A DNA stretch of 64,000 nucleotides, from the NCBI RefSeq assembly GCF_009914755.1, contig NC_060934.1; one strand, written 5' to 3'. Both the position numbers and the translations under genes were made by a program. Positions within the stretch are counted from its first letter, which is position 1; each line of letters starts with the position of its first letter. The notes beneath the pieces were generated by a model. That model was not told where the DNA came from, ran no database searches, and saw only the letters and a list, made by a program, of their open reading frames with translations. Source of the stretch: the human T2T-CHM13v2.0 reference genome, Homo sapiens. Positions 35,881 to 48,660 of the stretch are shown piece after piece.

Positions 35881-36353
35881 AGAGCTGACTTAGAGCACAG
35901 TGACCTTGGGCAAATAAACTTCTATAAGTCTCGGTTTCTTTCTCCATAAATTCAGAATAATGGTACGTACCCCGCCTTGGTACTTGGTGCTTGCAGGAGC
36001 AGCATCCTGCAGGGAAGGCTCACAGGCTGTGGTGGTCGGTGCACACACATGCACACCCACACATGCACATGTGCGCACACACACACACACACACACACAG
36101 GCCTGGCACTGGCCATGCCCATTCCTGACACCCCCAGAGCTGAAAGCCAAGATGGTGACAAAGCAGGACTATGAGAATCATCAGGTACTTCCAAGCTCTA
36201 GACAACCTCTGATTTCTGTGAGAACTTGATGAGATCATGGAAATTAAGCATTCAGAGCAGTGTCACGGCTCACTGGGGTCGAGCAAGTAGAAAATCTGGG
36301 ATTCAAACCCAGACAGTCTAGCCGTAGAACAGTGGCCTTTACCACTACCCTAT
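35881..36353. mobile_element. Rearranged MIR hosting the IR2 right arm (+ pieces about 35898-35971 and 36206-36275; - piece about 36276-36353)
   Basis: gtgaccttgggcaaat...ataatggtacgtacc [arm] ctgtgagaacttgatgagatca...; then antisense MIR 5' end ctgggattcaaacccagacagtct. Confidence 0.7.
35975..36205 (-). repeat. IR2 right arm (derived copy)
   Basis: Inverted match to 34167-34397; interrupts a MIR. Confidence 0.97.
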
Positions 36354-36767
36354 TGTATTATGCCATTCTTTCATTGGTATAAAGAACTATTTGAGACTGG
36401 GTAATTTATTTTTTTAAAAAGAGCCTTAGTTGGCTCACAGTTCTACAGGCTGTACAGGAAGCATAGCAGCATCTGCTTCTGGGGAGGCCTCAGGGAGTTT
36501 CCAATCACGGTGGAAGGCAAAGAGGGAGCGGGCACATCACGTGGGGAAAGCAGGAGCGAGCGAGAGAGAGGAGCAGGAGGTGCCACACCCTTTCAAATAA
36601 CCAGATCTCGCAGGAACTCACTAGGACAGCACCAAGGGGATGGTGCTAAATCATTCATAAGAAATCCACCCCCATGATCCAATCACCTCCCACCAGACCC
36701 CACCTTTAATATTAGGGATTACGATCCAACATGAGATTTAGAAGGGACACATATCCAAACTATATCA
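36354..36767 (-). mobile_element. MSTA MaLR solo LTR
   Basis: TG...CA ends; ggctcacagttctacaggctgtacaggaagcat; catgatccaatcacctcccaccag; 5-bp TSD cctat/actat. Confidence 0.92.
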
Positions 36768-36929
36768 ACTATGATGCCTCCAACACCTTCAGAAGCAGAT
36801 GTCTTGAACTGAGCCATAAGCAATGTGGAGAATCAAGCCAGGTGGAGAAGAGGGGCTTTGACTTTGGAGCATAGAGAGCATAGAGTAGGTAAGTATGAAT
36901 GTGAGGCCTTCATGGGAACCTGCCCCATT

Positions 36930-37340
36930 CTTGCCTTTATTCACCTGTTTAGTTTAAAGACGTTGATTGGGCACCAGTTATATTTCAACCCAGGCACTGT
37001 GTGTGAAGAAAAAAAAAGATGGAGCAGACAGTTCCTCCCACAAATAGTTGGGAGTTAGGAGAGTTGTCCTGCAGAGTAAAAAGAGAAAATAACAGCTTTA
37101 TGAGTAGTTACCATGTGTCAGGCGTGATTTTGTGGGCTTTACGTATCTTAAATCATTGGATCCTCACAAGGGCCGTAGGAAGTAGGTGCCGTTATTAATG
37201 TCTATTTTAGACAGGAGGACCTGAGGTTCTAAAGAGGCTTAGTGAATTGACTGAAGTCATAGAACTGACCGGGGACAAAGCCGGGATGCGAAGCTGGGCA
37301 GCCTGGCCTCTGATTCCTGGCTCTGAAATTTCTCTCTATG
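36930..37340 (-). mobile_element. L2 3' end followed by a near full-length MIR (about 37088-37340)
   Basis: ttaccatgtgtcaggc...cctcacaagggccgtaggaagtaggtgccgttattaatgtctattttagacaggaggacctgagg. Confidence 0.8.
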
Positions 37341-38639
37341 GCCTGTATGATGCTAATCATGGGCAGCTCCAAAGCTGTCGGGGATGTTTAGTCTAGGGGT
37401 TGACTAAGAAACAGGAGAATAGTGAAGGCTCAAGATTCATTTACTCAGCTGGTCTGCAAATTTTTATTCTTGGCATCATTTGGAATGTGTTTCAGCAGTG
37501 TAGATGATTTTATCTTACAGGTTTTATTCAGCTCAGTGCCATGCAGGTGCAATTGGAGCATACAGATCCTGTGCACCGCCACTCGTTGAGCTGTGTGTGG
37601 CCAAACACAGGTACAGGAAAGCTCAGCACCTGGGCCTTTAGGGTTTTGCCTACTCAGTGTTCTAAGATGTAGAGATATTTCTGTAGGAGGGAGTGATAGT
37701 AGGTTTTTGGATCCAAGGAATCTCAGTTAGGGAGGTCCTTGGAGCTCATCTCATGAAAACTCAATGGCTTACCCCCCGAAAAAGGCTTTCTGAAATCTTT
37801 AGGCATTCTGTAAAGTTGTATCTAAGGTTAAGAGAATTGAAACTGCAGCTTTTATGGAGATGTCTGCCTGGATTAGATATGTTTCCTCTTTCTCCCTGGG
37901 ATGTGCCACCTGGAGAAGGTCCAGGGAGCAGCCCTGTGGCTTTTGAGAAATGGTTCAGTTTGCTCTGGGGCCTTCTGATGCTTCTCTGACACGTCCGAGT
38001 AGGCAGCATTTTTTTTTAAACCCTTGATTTTCAGAAACGCATTGTCCCTGAGTTATTAATAATTATCTCTCTCTCCTCTCTACTCTTTCTTTCTCTCACT
38101 CTGAAAATCAACATCAACTTGACTAAATCCCTTGAGTTGAGCTTAGTCCAGTTTTTCAGTTTTCTTCTGCAGCTGAACACTCAATGCTTGATTCTCCTGG
38201 GGGTTGGGTTTAGGGCCCTCCCTATGTTCCCAGTCTCTAGGCCTAGTAAGTACATTGTTTTGGAAAGCCTCTTCCCTTTCAGTGCTGGCTCCCTAGAGAC
38301 CTTCAAAACATCTTGGGTCAGAAAGTGCAATCCAAGCAAGCCTAGATGGTACACCACCCCCACCCAAAAGATCCGGATTTGAGATTACCCCCAGGACTTT
38401 TCCTGTTGATGGCACATTTGACTTACAGTATAGTAATGTGTAGTGCTTTTTCTCTATGAGCACTTCATAAGCATCCTTCGGTGATCATGACTTAGAAATG
38501 ATTGGAGAACCTGCTTGTTCAGAAGGCCAGATGTTTCACAAGAAAATGAAGGACAGAGGTCTCCCAGTCAGCAATATTAGTAGTCTTGGGATAATAGCAT
38601 TGGCAGGAGTCTAAAAGTTTGTCTGATACCAACTCCTTG

Positions 38640-38770
38640 CTATAACTTATCCAATCCAGCCCTCTCTATGCGCTTTACAGATAAGGAAGCCAAAGTATAT
38701 AGAGGAAAATTCCCAAGGATAGTCACATAGCTGATTGTTATGGCAGAGCTGCGTTATCCTTAGCATTGTA
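38640..38770 (-). mobile_element. MIR fragment
   Basis: tttacagataaggaagccaaag...gtcacatagctg...atggcagagctg. Confidence 0.6.
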
Positions 38771-39324
38771 CCACATTCCTCCTTCTTCTCTGGCTCTCAG
38801 ATTTTCTAGCACAAAGAGCAAAAACAAAAACAACCCCAAAGACTAGAAAATGAAACACAGCTCAGCCTGGGTTTTATAATGCCAGTCATAGGAGGTGCTC
38901 AATAAATGCTTATGACTTGCTGCACCCCCAGGAAGTACTGCCTCTTCTTTATGTGCATAGCTTCGCGCAGTTGCAGGCATGATTCCAGCCTCTGGAGATG
39001 TCTGATAGGGTGTGCGGATGGGCCATGTTGTTCCACTAGAGTAATTTCCTAGAGAGAGGAGAGAAGGGAGCTCTCATTTTGTATGTGGTCTGTCTAATGC
39101 CTCTCACATCCAATAACTTTAAAACCAATCAAATTAATAATGTAGGGAGAAACAAATGGATTCACTCTTTAGATATTTAAACAGGGATATTTCTGCCACT
39201 GACATGTAAATCTTTAATAGGATATGAGATTTGGCAATAAGAAAAAATGCCAAGTTGCTGGAGACCTGGTTCTTTTGTACTATTTTAGGTCCAATCATTA
39301 CCTCCTGACATTACCTTCCTCAAA

Positions 39325-39530
39325 TAGGTTTATTTGTTGAGGCCCTACTTTGTATTGGGTAGTGTGTATTTAATACTGGGATGTAAAGTAGTGGAATATA
39401 TGGTACTTACCCTCACAGGACTTCCACTCTGCTGATGACAGACATATATGTGTAGAAAGATGAATACAAATACAGATCAGTAAGTGCAGAATGTCAGCCT
39501 AGTTCTGTATGTAATCACTGCTGCAGATAT
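39325..39530 (-). mobile_element. L2 3' end
   Basis: tatttgttgaggccctactttgtattgggtagtgtg...ccctcacaggacttccactct. Confidence 0.6.
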
Positions 39531-41019
39531 TCATGGGAGGAATGGATGATGTGTAGGGCTAATTAGCCTTCAAATAGGGAAGCTCATGCTGTGAAATATT
39601 TTCACCTGGTCAAAGGATGAGGGGCTGAATCTTGACTCCCATAGGAGACAAAGGATCTGGAGAGATTTTCAGATAGTCACTGAAGATTTCCAGTTGAAGT
39701 AGAAAAAAGCTTTGTGTTTGTGTCTGTGTGCATGCATGTGTGCATGTGGGCATATGTGCATGCAAGCTTATCTACATGGTTGTATAGACATTTCTGTCTT
39801 TTAGATTCCAAAGTGACTTCCTGGAGTGATAGTGAGGCTCCTCAAAACTTGGTTTAAAACCAACCTGAAGCATTCTTTATTTTCAAGATCTAAAATTTCT
39901 AGAAGCTCTTGTTGTGAGGAAGTTTTCATAAAACCATATTTACATATCCCCTTCCTCCTTCTGATCCTTCCTGGCATTTAATATTGATAAACTTCCTATT
40001 CCCTTGCCCACCTCTATTTTCTGTCATCTGGACTTATTAATGTGTCTTAACAGTAAACTCTTGCATCCTCCAATTGTTCTCCTCTTCCTTCCCCCCAACA
40101 TTGGCCTCCTTTTACTTTTTATCTCTTTCGTTTTCTTCCACTATAGTGAGTTAGAAGAACCAAATGTAAACTTGTAGCAAGTCTTTCTTCTGGGTTGATA
40201 TCTGTTTCCTGCCCATCCTGGTGGCCAGACTTCCCAACAATGGGGGAAAGTCATGGCGTCTGTTTCATTCCTTCCATGCTCCATCAAGAAGACCGCTTTT
40301 TAGGATCAATTTCCTCCCTTTCTGGAAAATTGCTCACTATTTAGAAAGAAGAAGTGTTCCTACTCTGAAGCTTTCAATTGTTGCCACCTTAATGGTCTCT
40401 CTCATTATTCCCAGGCATGACAGCATGAGTTTTGGTTTGGTTTGCCTTCCTTGACATATCAGAATGGTTGAGATGACCTTGCTTGATGGACCATGGGCAT
40501 AAAGGAACTGGTTGGTTGAGTGTCAAGACCAGGAAAAAGTATGGATCTGTCCTTGTTGGGAGCCCTCTTGTCTACTTGCTTGGTTCTTATTAGCCAGTTT
40601 GGAGGTTGCCTTCTGCCATCTTCCTTTCATCTGTGTGGTTCATCATGAATCCTGGCCTAGCTTCTCCTCCTTACCTTATGCTTACCCTTTGATGCAGAGT
40701 TCCAACATTAATGTCTGCCTTTCCAACTTCCACATATTACACTGCCCTCTACTTCCCACTGTGGGCATAACTCACTGACTGCAGGACTGTTTCTCCAGAA
40801 TGTGGATGAGACCTCAGAATCCTTCTCAGCAATGTCCTGAGGGTAGACACCAGCTGATCAGTTTTATCATGAAAATTGAAACCTATCTTCTCTCCCTGGA
40901 TCTTACCAAAGTACTCATTTTCATCTTCAGCCTAGATGTCTTGCTAGACTTTTTTCTTCCCTATTCTTTCCATCTATTTCCTATACTTTGTTCTTCATCT
41001 ATTATTGGTGGTGATGGTG

Positions 41020-41235
41020 ATATCCATATTTATCACACTCTTACAGTGTGCCAGAATATAAAGGCTACAGGTATCATCTCATTTAGACTTTAAAGTCACT
41101 CTAAGGGATACTGATACTATTTTACAAATGGGGGCCCAGAGAGGTTAAGTGACTTTCCTAAGGTCACATAATTCATCAGTGTCTGAGCTGAACCTGAAAC
41201 ACACTCTGCCCTTTTCTCCCTGCCTCTGCACTACC
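41020..41235 (-). mobile_element. MIR
   Basis: ggcccagagaggttaagtgactttcctaaggtcacata. Confidence 0.85.
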
Positions 41236-41379
41236 TTTTACTTCCTTAGTACCTCATTACATCTTCCATAGTCACTGAATTTTATTCTTTGTCATTGCGG
41301 CTTATTTAAATACTGACTGTATTGGAAAAATTAAAATTATGGTATCCTTAATAAAATAACATTGAAGAGGGTATAGATG

Positions 41380-41580
41380 TCTGCACTGGGAATATTCTTT
41401 GTGTGTGAAACAAAAATTCAACTTGTTATAGTCAATGAAGTCAATGGTTCAGTTAATAATGCCTCTAATGGCATAATTCTGCTCAGTGCCGGTGATGGGT
41501 ACCCTCAAAATCAGAGACTAGATTTAATGACAGGACATGTAGAAATCAGCGCTGTCATAAAAACAGCCGGGAGAGGAACT
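41380..41580. promoter_or_regulatory. Candidate enhancer block (MEIS and posterior-HOX motifs)
   Basis: TGACAG 41528-41533; CTGTCATAAAA from 41552; gtcaatg twice in tandem. Confidence 0.35.
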
Positions 41581-43662
41581 CCATAGGAGAGGAAAACCCC
41601 TAGAAATGGCTTGACGTTATTGGTTCCAGTCTCATAAATCTCAGTCTCCGATCCTTCCCGTGATTCCCCCTTTCCATCCAGCTGCACCTAAGTGTTCCCC
41701 CTTTGCAGTGAATGCTTGCATTTCCCAGTGAGTTTCCTGTGCTTAGAGATTTGTTTTTAGATCAATGCCATTTTTTATGTGTTGCTCATGCATGGAAGAG
41801 CTCTACTTTCTCTGCTTGTTCTAAATAGGAGAAAATAATTTTAAAGACTCCTTTTAAGGTGTCTTAAGACTCCTCTGTGTGTGACACCCTTCAGAGGAAC
41901 GACCTTCCATTTTAGGGATTCCCTTTTTTGCACCCCTCCCTTACCCCCTTGCATTGGAGTAAGTCTCTTGAGACTCACTACGGCCTAGGACCAGGATGTA
42001 GGCCAAGTGGAAACACACCAAAGTGATTTAATAGAAAAGGTAATTCCTATTCAAACGGGATAGTCCCTTATTCATTTCCTCGGATTATCATCAAATTTAT
42101 GTCACCAGCAAAGGAGCTTTATTGAGTTTCACAGAGATATTCCTTTTGCTCTCATTGTCGTTAGTTGGCACGCTGACATTTTCATATGTGTCTCAGCTAA
42201 TGCCTCAAAATTACTCCATCTACAAATGTAACAATTGAACAGATAATTTTAATAAGATTCAGCTTGACTTCAGACTGCACTCCTTCCTTTCTTTATAGAA
42301 TGCAAATTGTAACCTGTTTTTAAAGCCGTGCAATGCAGTGAACTTTAATGGGATTTGACAACATCATATTAAGCACAACAACTACGCATAATGTACCGAA
42401 AAATTGGACGTGAAATTGGAAACATAGCTGAGAACAAAGTAAATTTACATGGTTTGGTAGCTTGAATGTCTGATATCATATTCTCTCATGCAAGCCCCAT
42501 AAAAAAGCAAAGGATTTAACAATGGATATCAGCAGAAAGTGCTTTTAAAGTTAAAACTGATGGATGGCTTGTCAAAAAAAATAATTGCATTGGTTGGAAA
42601 GTCGGGATGCGTGCTGAGGGGGAGAGAACAGGATATACAGAGAGGATGATGGGAAGTGACAGTGGTCTGTCAGGAAGGACTGGCTGCCCAGAGGAGTGTG
42701 AAGCCAGAGCTATAAGGTGGCAGAGTAGAACAGGCTGTCAGAGCGGGAAAGTGGCTTTAATACCCTGAAAAGCAAAGGAATCCGCCTGTCAGCTTTGCTC
42801 AGCCGTGCTGAAAGAGGAAGAGAACATGGCATAAAGTTAGAGACATTAAACAAGGGGGTGGGGGCGCAGAGAGCAGCGCGGAGAGCACAGGCAGGGAGTG
42901 GGAAGGAGGTGGGGGAGGCTTCGTATGTGGGTTTCTGGATATGTTCTTTCCTATTATATTTTCCCCCTTTTCTCAAGGGCCAACAAATTAAATTTGAGGG
43001 GCTGGGGTTTCTCTGCTTTTGAAGAAACGGGTGATTTAAGAGAGTCACATGCTCGTCCCAGTGGCTGCCACTCTAGTTGAATGGGTGGCTTTCTTACAAG
43101 TGCACCTCGGGTTGCCTTGGCCGATTTCTGGCTTTTCAGATCTACAGCCTCCTCTGCTGACCTTTCTCCTCATCGGAGTATGCAGTCCATTCTCCCAGAG
43201 ATGACACCAATACCAAGTCGTCCTGGGACTGGCTTATTGTCTGACAAAGTGCTGTGAGGATGTGACACTTTAGCTATGTAAGAGGATTGTGAGTAAAACA
43301 CAATAATCTGATTTTTTTTTGTAAATTTTTTTTGCCCTCTCAGCATTAGGTTTTGAATAATTTATTATTCCTTCTTCATATACTCCTGGCGGTGAGGTTA
43401 ATTTGGTCATCTTGCAGGGGCCTGGCTGGTAATGAACATTTTTATATCAGGCCTCGGAGTACTTTCTCCGTAAGACATACCACATGTTTACCACTTAATT
43501 GCCCAAGTTGCTTGAGAGTGTTAGCGTCTGGGGGGGTTGGAATATGGCAGTTTATTGTACAGAAATATTTTGTGTATTTGATCTTAAAAAATATATTCTG
43601 AGAGACATCCAAATTCTTGAACTGCATATGGCCCCAATATAATTTTACATTTGGTTTAGTAG

Positions 43663-44024
<362 letters not shown>

Positions 44025-45739
44025 CATTTATTACATACCAGGCAGTATTCATTTAGCTCCCATAACAACTCTAGGGATAGGTTCTATTAATATTGCCTCT
44101 GTGCAGAGAAGGAAACTGAGCCCCAGAGAGGTTAAGTAACTTGCAGTCATTGAATTAGAATTCAAATTCAGGTAGTCTGGTAGCAGAGTCCATTCTTTTA
44201 ATCCATGTGCTAGGTACACATAGGCATGTGGGGAACCCTGAAATGCCAGGTGGAGTCCTGTTGTGCCTCTATTATTCTTGTGTGTCTAAGGCTTTCTGGG
44301 AAGGATTTTATTAGAACTGGGCATCAACTGCCTGGAAAGCAGGTTGAGCCACCTAGCAGGGAGCAAGACCACAGAGCTATCTTCTCTGTGTTAGCCGAGT
44401 AAAAAGTGGAGCAGGGGAGAGAAAAGATGAAACAGTGGCAGGAGGATCTTTCCTGGTCACAAAAGTTAACCAACTTCCAAGTTAGATTCAAAACACTTGT
44501 CTGAAATTTTTCATCTAGTGCTCTGCAGAGACATGTATGTTTACACTCTGCATTCAGTTCTAGGTTATAGTAAGCCGGTTTCCAGAAGATGGAGACCTGC
44601 ACTCCTGGTTTTCCTAGAACCTAGCTGGAGAAGCCGGGTGGCAGCCCGCCCACCTTTTTATCTTGATTTTATGCAGTATACTATGAAATTGCTCACTAAA
44701 GAGATTAATTAGTGGGGTCTTCACCTGGGTGTTTATGGGCATGTTTGGCAGTTTGGGATTGCTCCCGTGTTCTTCAAGCCTGCAGGGCACGTCTTGTGGA
44801 TTGCAGTGGTGTGCTACCACACTCTAGCACCCACTCATGCTGCTGTTATTTTGGTTTCCTGGGCCTGTAACTTTGCTGTAAACAAGCAAAATTGCTTTCT
44901 ACTCAGTGGGCTGTTTCCTGACACAGCAGGAGACCTTGTTGTTTTTCTCCTGGAAATCTCTGGGCTTCTCCTATCCTATCTGATACTTAGAAGGAACCCT
45001 TGCAGACTTACATATTACAGTAAGGCGCACACTTGTCACGGATCTGGGTTGACTTCAGTGTGTCTTTAGGAAGCCTCCCCTAGTGCTCCACGCTGCCCTC
45101 TGGCTGCAGCAAACCTAAAAGCTGGAGAGCAATACTGCCAGTCTCAAGTTGCACCATCAGGGACACCACTGAGATTTCAACTCTTGAATCAAAGAATTTA
45201 GGATTGGAATGGATAGAGCTTAACTAGCCTTTTCAGTGCCTCAGCTCAGGGGTCTCCAGCGATAGGGAATTCATTATACCCAGAAGCAGCACAAGCCAAC
45301 TTATCTGAGACAAGTAGGGTTTGTTCTTAAGATGAGCCAAATGTGTTTCTCTAGAATTTCCATCCATTGGTCCTTTTCCTAACTCCCTGGGGCTACAAAG
45401 ATCCCAGGTGTTAAATTTGTGCATCCCATAAACCACTGTAAAACTGTATAAGTCTTCAGCCTGTAGAGATCTGCCTGTTTTCTCCTTCACTTGTTCGTTC
45501 CATCATGTTCAATGGAGATATTAATAGCTAGAGAGAGCTTCTATCAAGACTCTTCCCTCTTCCTCTTCTCCTCACTTCTTCCTTCCAGCCCACTCTTCCC
45601 AACCTTGCTCTGCACTTTTTATGGCTCACCTACTCTTTCAACAGAATCCAATTCCTTGCTTTAATTTCAGGTAGCCCTGAGTCCAGAATTTAGGTGTTCG
45701 AGGAAGGACCTCCTGAATTGAGGTAAGGGAATAAGACAC

Positions 45740-46156
45740 ATTCCCCAAAATGAGACTGTAATCAAGTGGTGCTATTTCCACTTTGCAAATGAGGTAACTG
45801 AAGTTTAGAAAGGTTAAGTTACTTGCCCAAGGACACACAGCTAGTAAACAGTAAAGTAGATTTGGACTCAGGTCTGCCGACAATAAAGCCTCAGCTATTT
45901 ACAAAGCAGGTCTAATGTACTGGTTATAATTATGGATTCTGGAGCCCAGCAGGCCTGGGTTCAAGTCTCCATATACTAATTGGTGACCTTGGGAAAGTTA
46001 TTTAGCCTCTCTGTATCTCAGTGTCCTCATTGGTGGAACAGTAATAATAATGCTACCTGCCTCACAGGGTTGTTGTGAAAATTAAATGAGAAAAAGCATG
46101 TAAAGCAGTTGGCACAGCACCTGTATGTGATAACCACTCAGTAAGTTTTAGTTTAA

Positions 46157-46160
<4 letters not shown>
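45740..46160. mobile_element. Head-to-head MIR pair (- at about 45740-45905, + at about 45915-46160)
   Basis: aggttaagttacttgcccaaggacacacagctagtaa; cctcacagggttgttgtgaaaattaaatgag. Confidence 0.85.

Positions 46161-46196
<36 letters not shown>
46157..46196. repeat. (CAT)13 microsatellite at the MIR tail
   Basis: Read directly. Confidence 0.97.
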
Positions 46197-47539
46197 TATT
46201 TTTAAAATTATGATAGAGAATGTCAGAGCTTTGCACGGTTGGCTATGGAGCCTGAAATGTGGCCACCTAACTCTTGGGGTGGGGGGTGAATTCACGCGGC
46301 AGGGAGCTGCAAATAACCCTTTGGTGGATGCTTTACAATGGAGGCTGGGTGGGGTCTGGGAAGAGTGGCAGTGGCTATGATTATTATTTTTTAGTTTTGG
46401 GTTTTTTTTTTTACACTTTGAGAAGATTGCTACAGTTATCTGGAAATCTATTGCTCGGGCAAAAGCAGGATTGCGTGATACAATTTAAAAGGCCGGCAGC
46501 TGCATTTCATCCTTTTCACAAGAAAATAACCCCTTACTCCAGTGAAGCTAAAAATAAAAATGGCAGTACATTTGGCAACCACGCTTCTTCCTTTATTACC
46601 TCAGCAGTATCTGAATAAAATGTCTTATTAAGCAAGATATAAGGGCAATGAAAGGGAGAGTAAGTCAAATTAGTTGACATCTAAAGCATGGTGCATCATA
46701 TACCGCGAGGGTAGTTACTGTTTAGTAAAATGGATTTAATGCTTAATATAAATGCTGATATTTAGATGGCTATATTTTGGCAACTCAGGAGGAAGAGAGG
46801 TGGTTTTTGAGCTGGTATAACTAGGTTTTAGGTCCTTTCCTGACACAAACCACTCATGTGGCACTGGGTGGCATGCTCCATAACCTTGGGCCCCACTTCC
46901 TCCATGTGCTAAAGGAAGGGTGTTTTCTGGCACCCAGTGGCTCTGTGGCAGGATCTCAGGGTAATCTGGGAAGAGTGGCAAAAACAGGGCTCTGAATACC
47001 CACCCCACTCAGACAGGTGCAACACTGCCTGTATCTGCTTTACATATTGGGACAACTGGGTGAGATTTTCTTTGGGGAAAGGATTACACGAATAAAACAT
47101 AGGTTGTCAAACCACCAGATTTGATTATTTCTAAGGAACCCTACAATTCTCACCTTTGAAAGTTCCACCATGCCAAGTTTGAACTGGCTCTGAAAGCACT
47201 CTGGGTCCTGTTTCAGCTCTACCACCTACAGTGCCCAGAAAGGACCTCGGGGTCCAGGAGACAGGGCAGTGCACTAGATACAGCACAAGGTAGGGTGTGA
47301 CCAGGGAAGAAAAGTGGTGGCAAATCCCATTATAAACATGGATGGATGCAGGCTTGTGTGCCTGTATACATGTGTAAGTGCATATACAAGCATTTAAATG
47401 CATGATCTATGTGTGTGTGTGTGTGTGTAAATGAATGCGTTTGTGCATATGTTGGTAGAATTCATGTACAAATCGGTTTCTTACATTTGTGCATAGAGAA
47501 GATGTATGCACAGCCATACCATCGTTGGCCAACTGTTGT

Positions 47540-47680
47540 CTCATTTATGCCAGCCATCACCTTGGTGGGTTAACCTTCATTTTCGTGGTTGAAGTGAGGA
47601 AACTGAGTCTTACAGAAGCTAAGTAACCTCCCCAAGTTACATGGCTAACAGTTTGCAGAGTAGAGGGATCATACTGTATT
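47540..47680 (-). mobile_element. MIR
   Basis: gaggaaactgagtcttacagaagctaagtaacctccccaagttacatggctaa. Confidence 0.75.
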
Positions 47681-48479
47681 AGGTATTTGTTTTATATATG
47701 CCTGGGATAGTGCCTTACTATTAGGGCCCTGGTCCACATAGCCCTCAAATTTCTGTGTGATGAGGAGAGTCTCATATATGACAGGGACCACTGTGGGTTA
47801 GTCTTTTAGAATTTTGGTTTTGTTTGATTTCTTGTTTCATTACTTTTGGGATCCTGTAGTTGAGGGTTACAATGACATAGCATGACCAGGGCTTATCCCA
47901 ACCACTCTTTTCCCAAAAATGACTAAATAATGTCGTCAGGAGTTTGTTCAGGATTTCCTTCTTTGAGAGCTTCCTTCCAAAACTTCTTTTGTGACAGAGT
48001 TGGGAGCCTATTGAAAAATGAGGCTGATCAGTCACAAGTCCTATTATGCAAAGTCATTCTTAGGTACTATTGGCAAGTAACTGAATGCAATCCTAGCAAA
48101 GACCTTAGGAAATCTTGTTTCCTTTTATTCATACCATGAAGCACATTGAAGACTGTCAGTCATCCTGCTTCCTTGGAATCATATGCTGAGAGGCTTTTAT
48201 TCTGAAGAAAATCATGAAACCTGCGAATAGATTTATGCTCTGCTTCTAATGGTTCATGAAGCCTAAGTATATCTAATAATAGTTCTTTCACCTGATTTGC
48301 CTAAGACTAAGATCTTGTATAAACAACTCTCACCAGAACCATCAATCACTGTTTAGGAATTTAAATTTTACCAACTAAAATGAGAATGGAGGAAGGGCAA
48401 GCTGTTTTCTGTGTTGAGCTTAGGCCTTTTATAGATACAACACTTTGGGGAATTTCTCGGTGTCTTAGTTGGAGATGAG

Positions 48480-48660
48480 GAGAAACTGGAGCCTTTGCAC
48501 ACTGCAGGTGAGAGCATAGATTGGTGCAGCCATTTGGAGAAATCTGGACTTACTAGCTAAATAAAATATATGTAATGTATGACAGAGGTCAACTCCTAGA
48601 TCTATAACTCAGCAAAGTTTTATGGTAAGCAGACATTCGATGATGGTGATGATCATGTCT
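48480..48660 (+). mobile_element. L1ME-type fragment
   Basis: cacactgcaggtgagagcatagattggtgcagccatttggaga. Confidence 0.55.

Noticed and set aside
34029-36238. Near-identical peptides on opposite strands suggesting a duplicated gene
   Set aside because: Explained by the IR2 duplication and (TG)n translation; no coding evidence
45740-46160. Head-to-head MIR pair as a third IR or a miRNA-like hairpin
   Set aside because: Only family-level similarity, with no shared unique flank; looks like two independent old insertions
46062-46295. Poly-Asp ORF
   Set aside because: Translation of the (CAT)13 microsatellite and MIR
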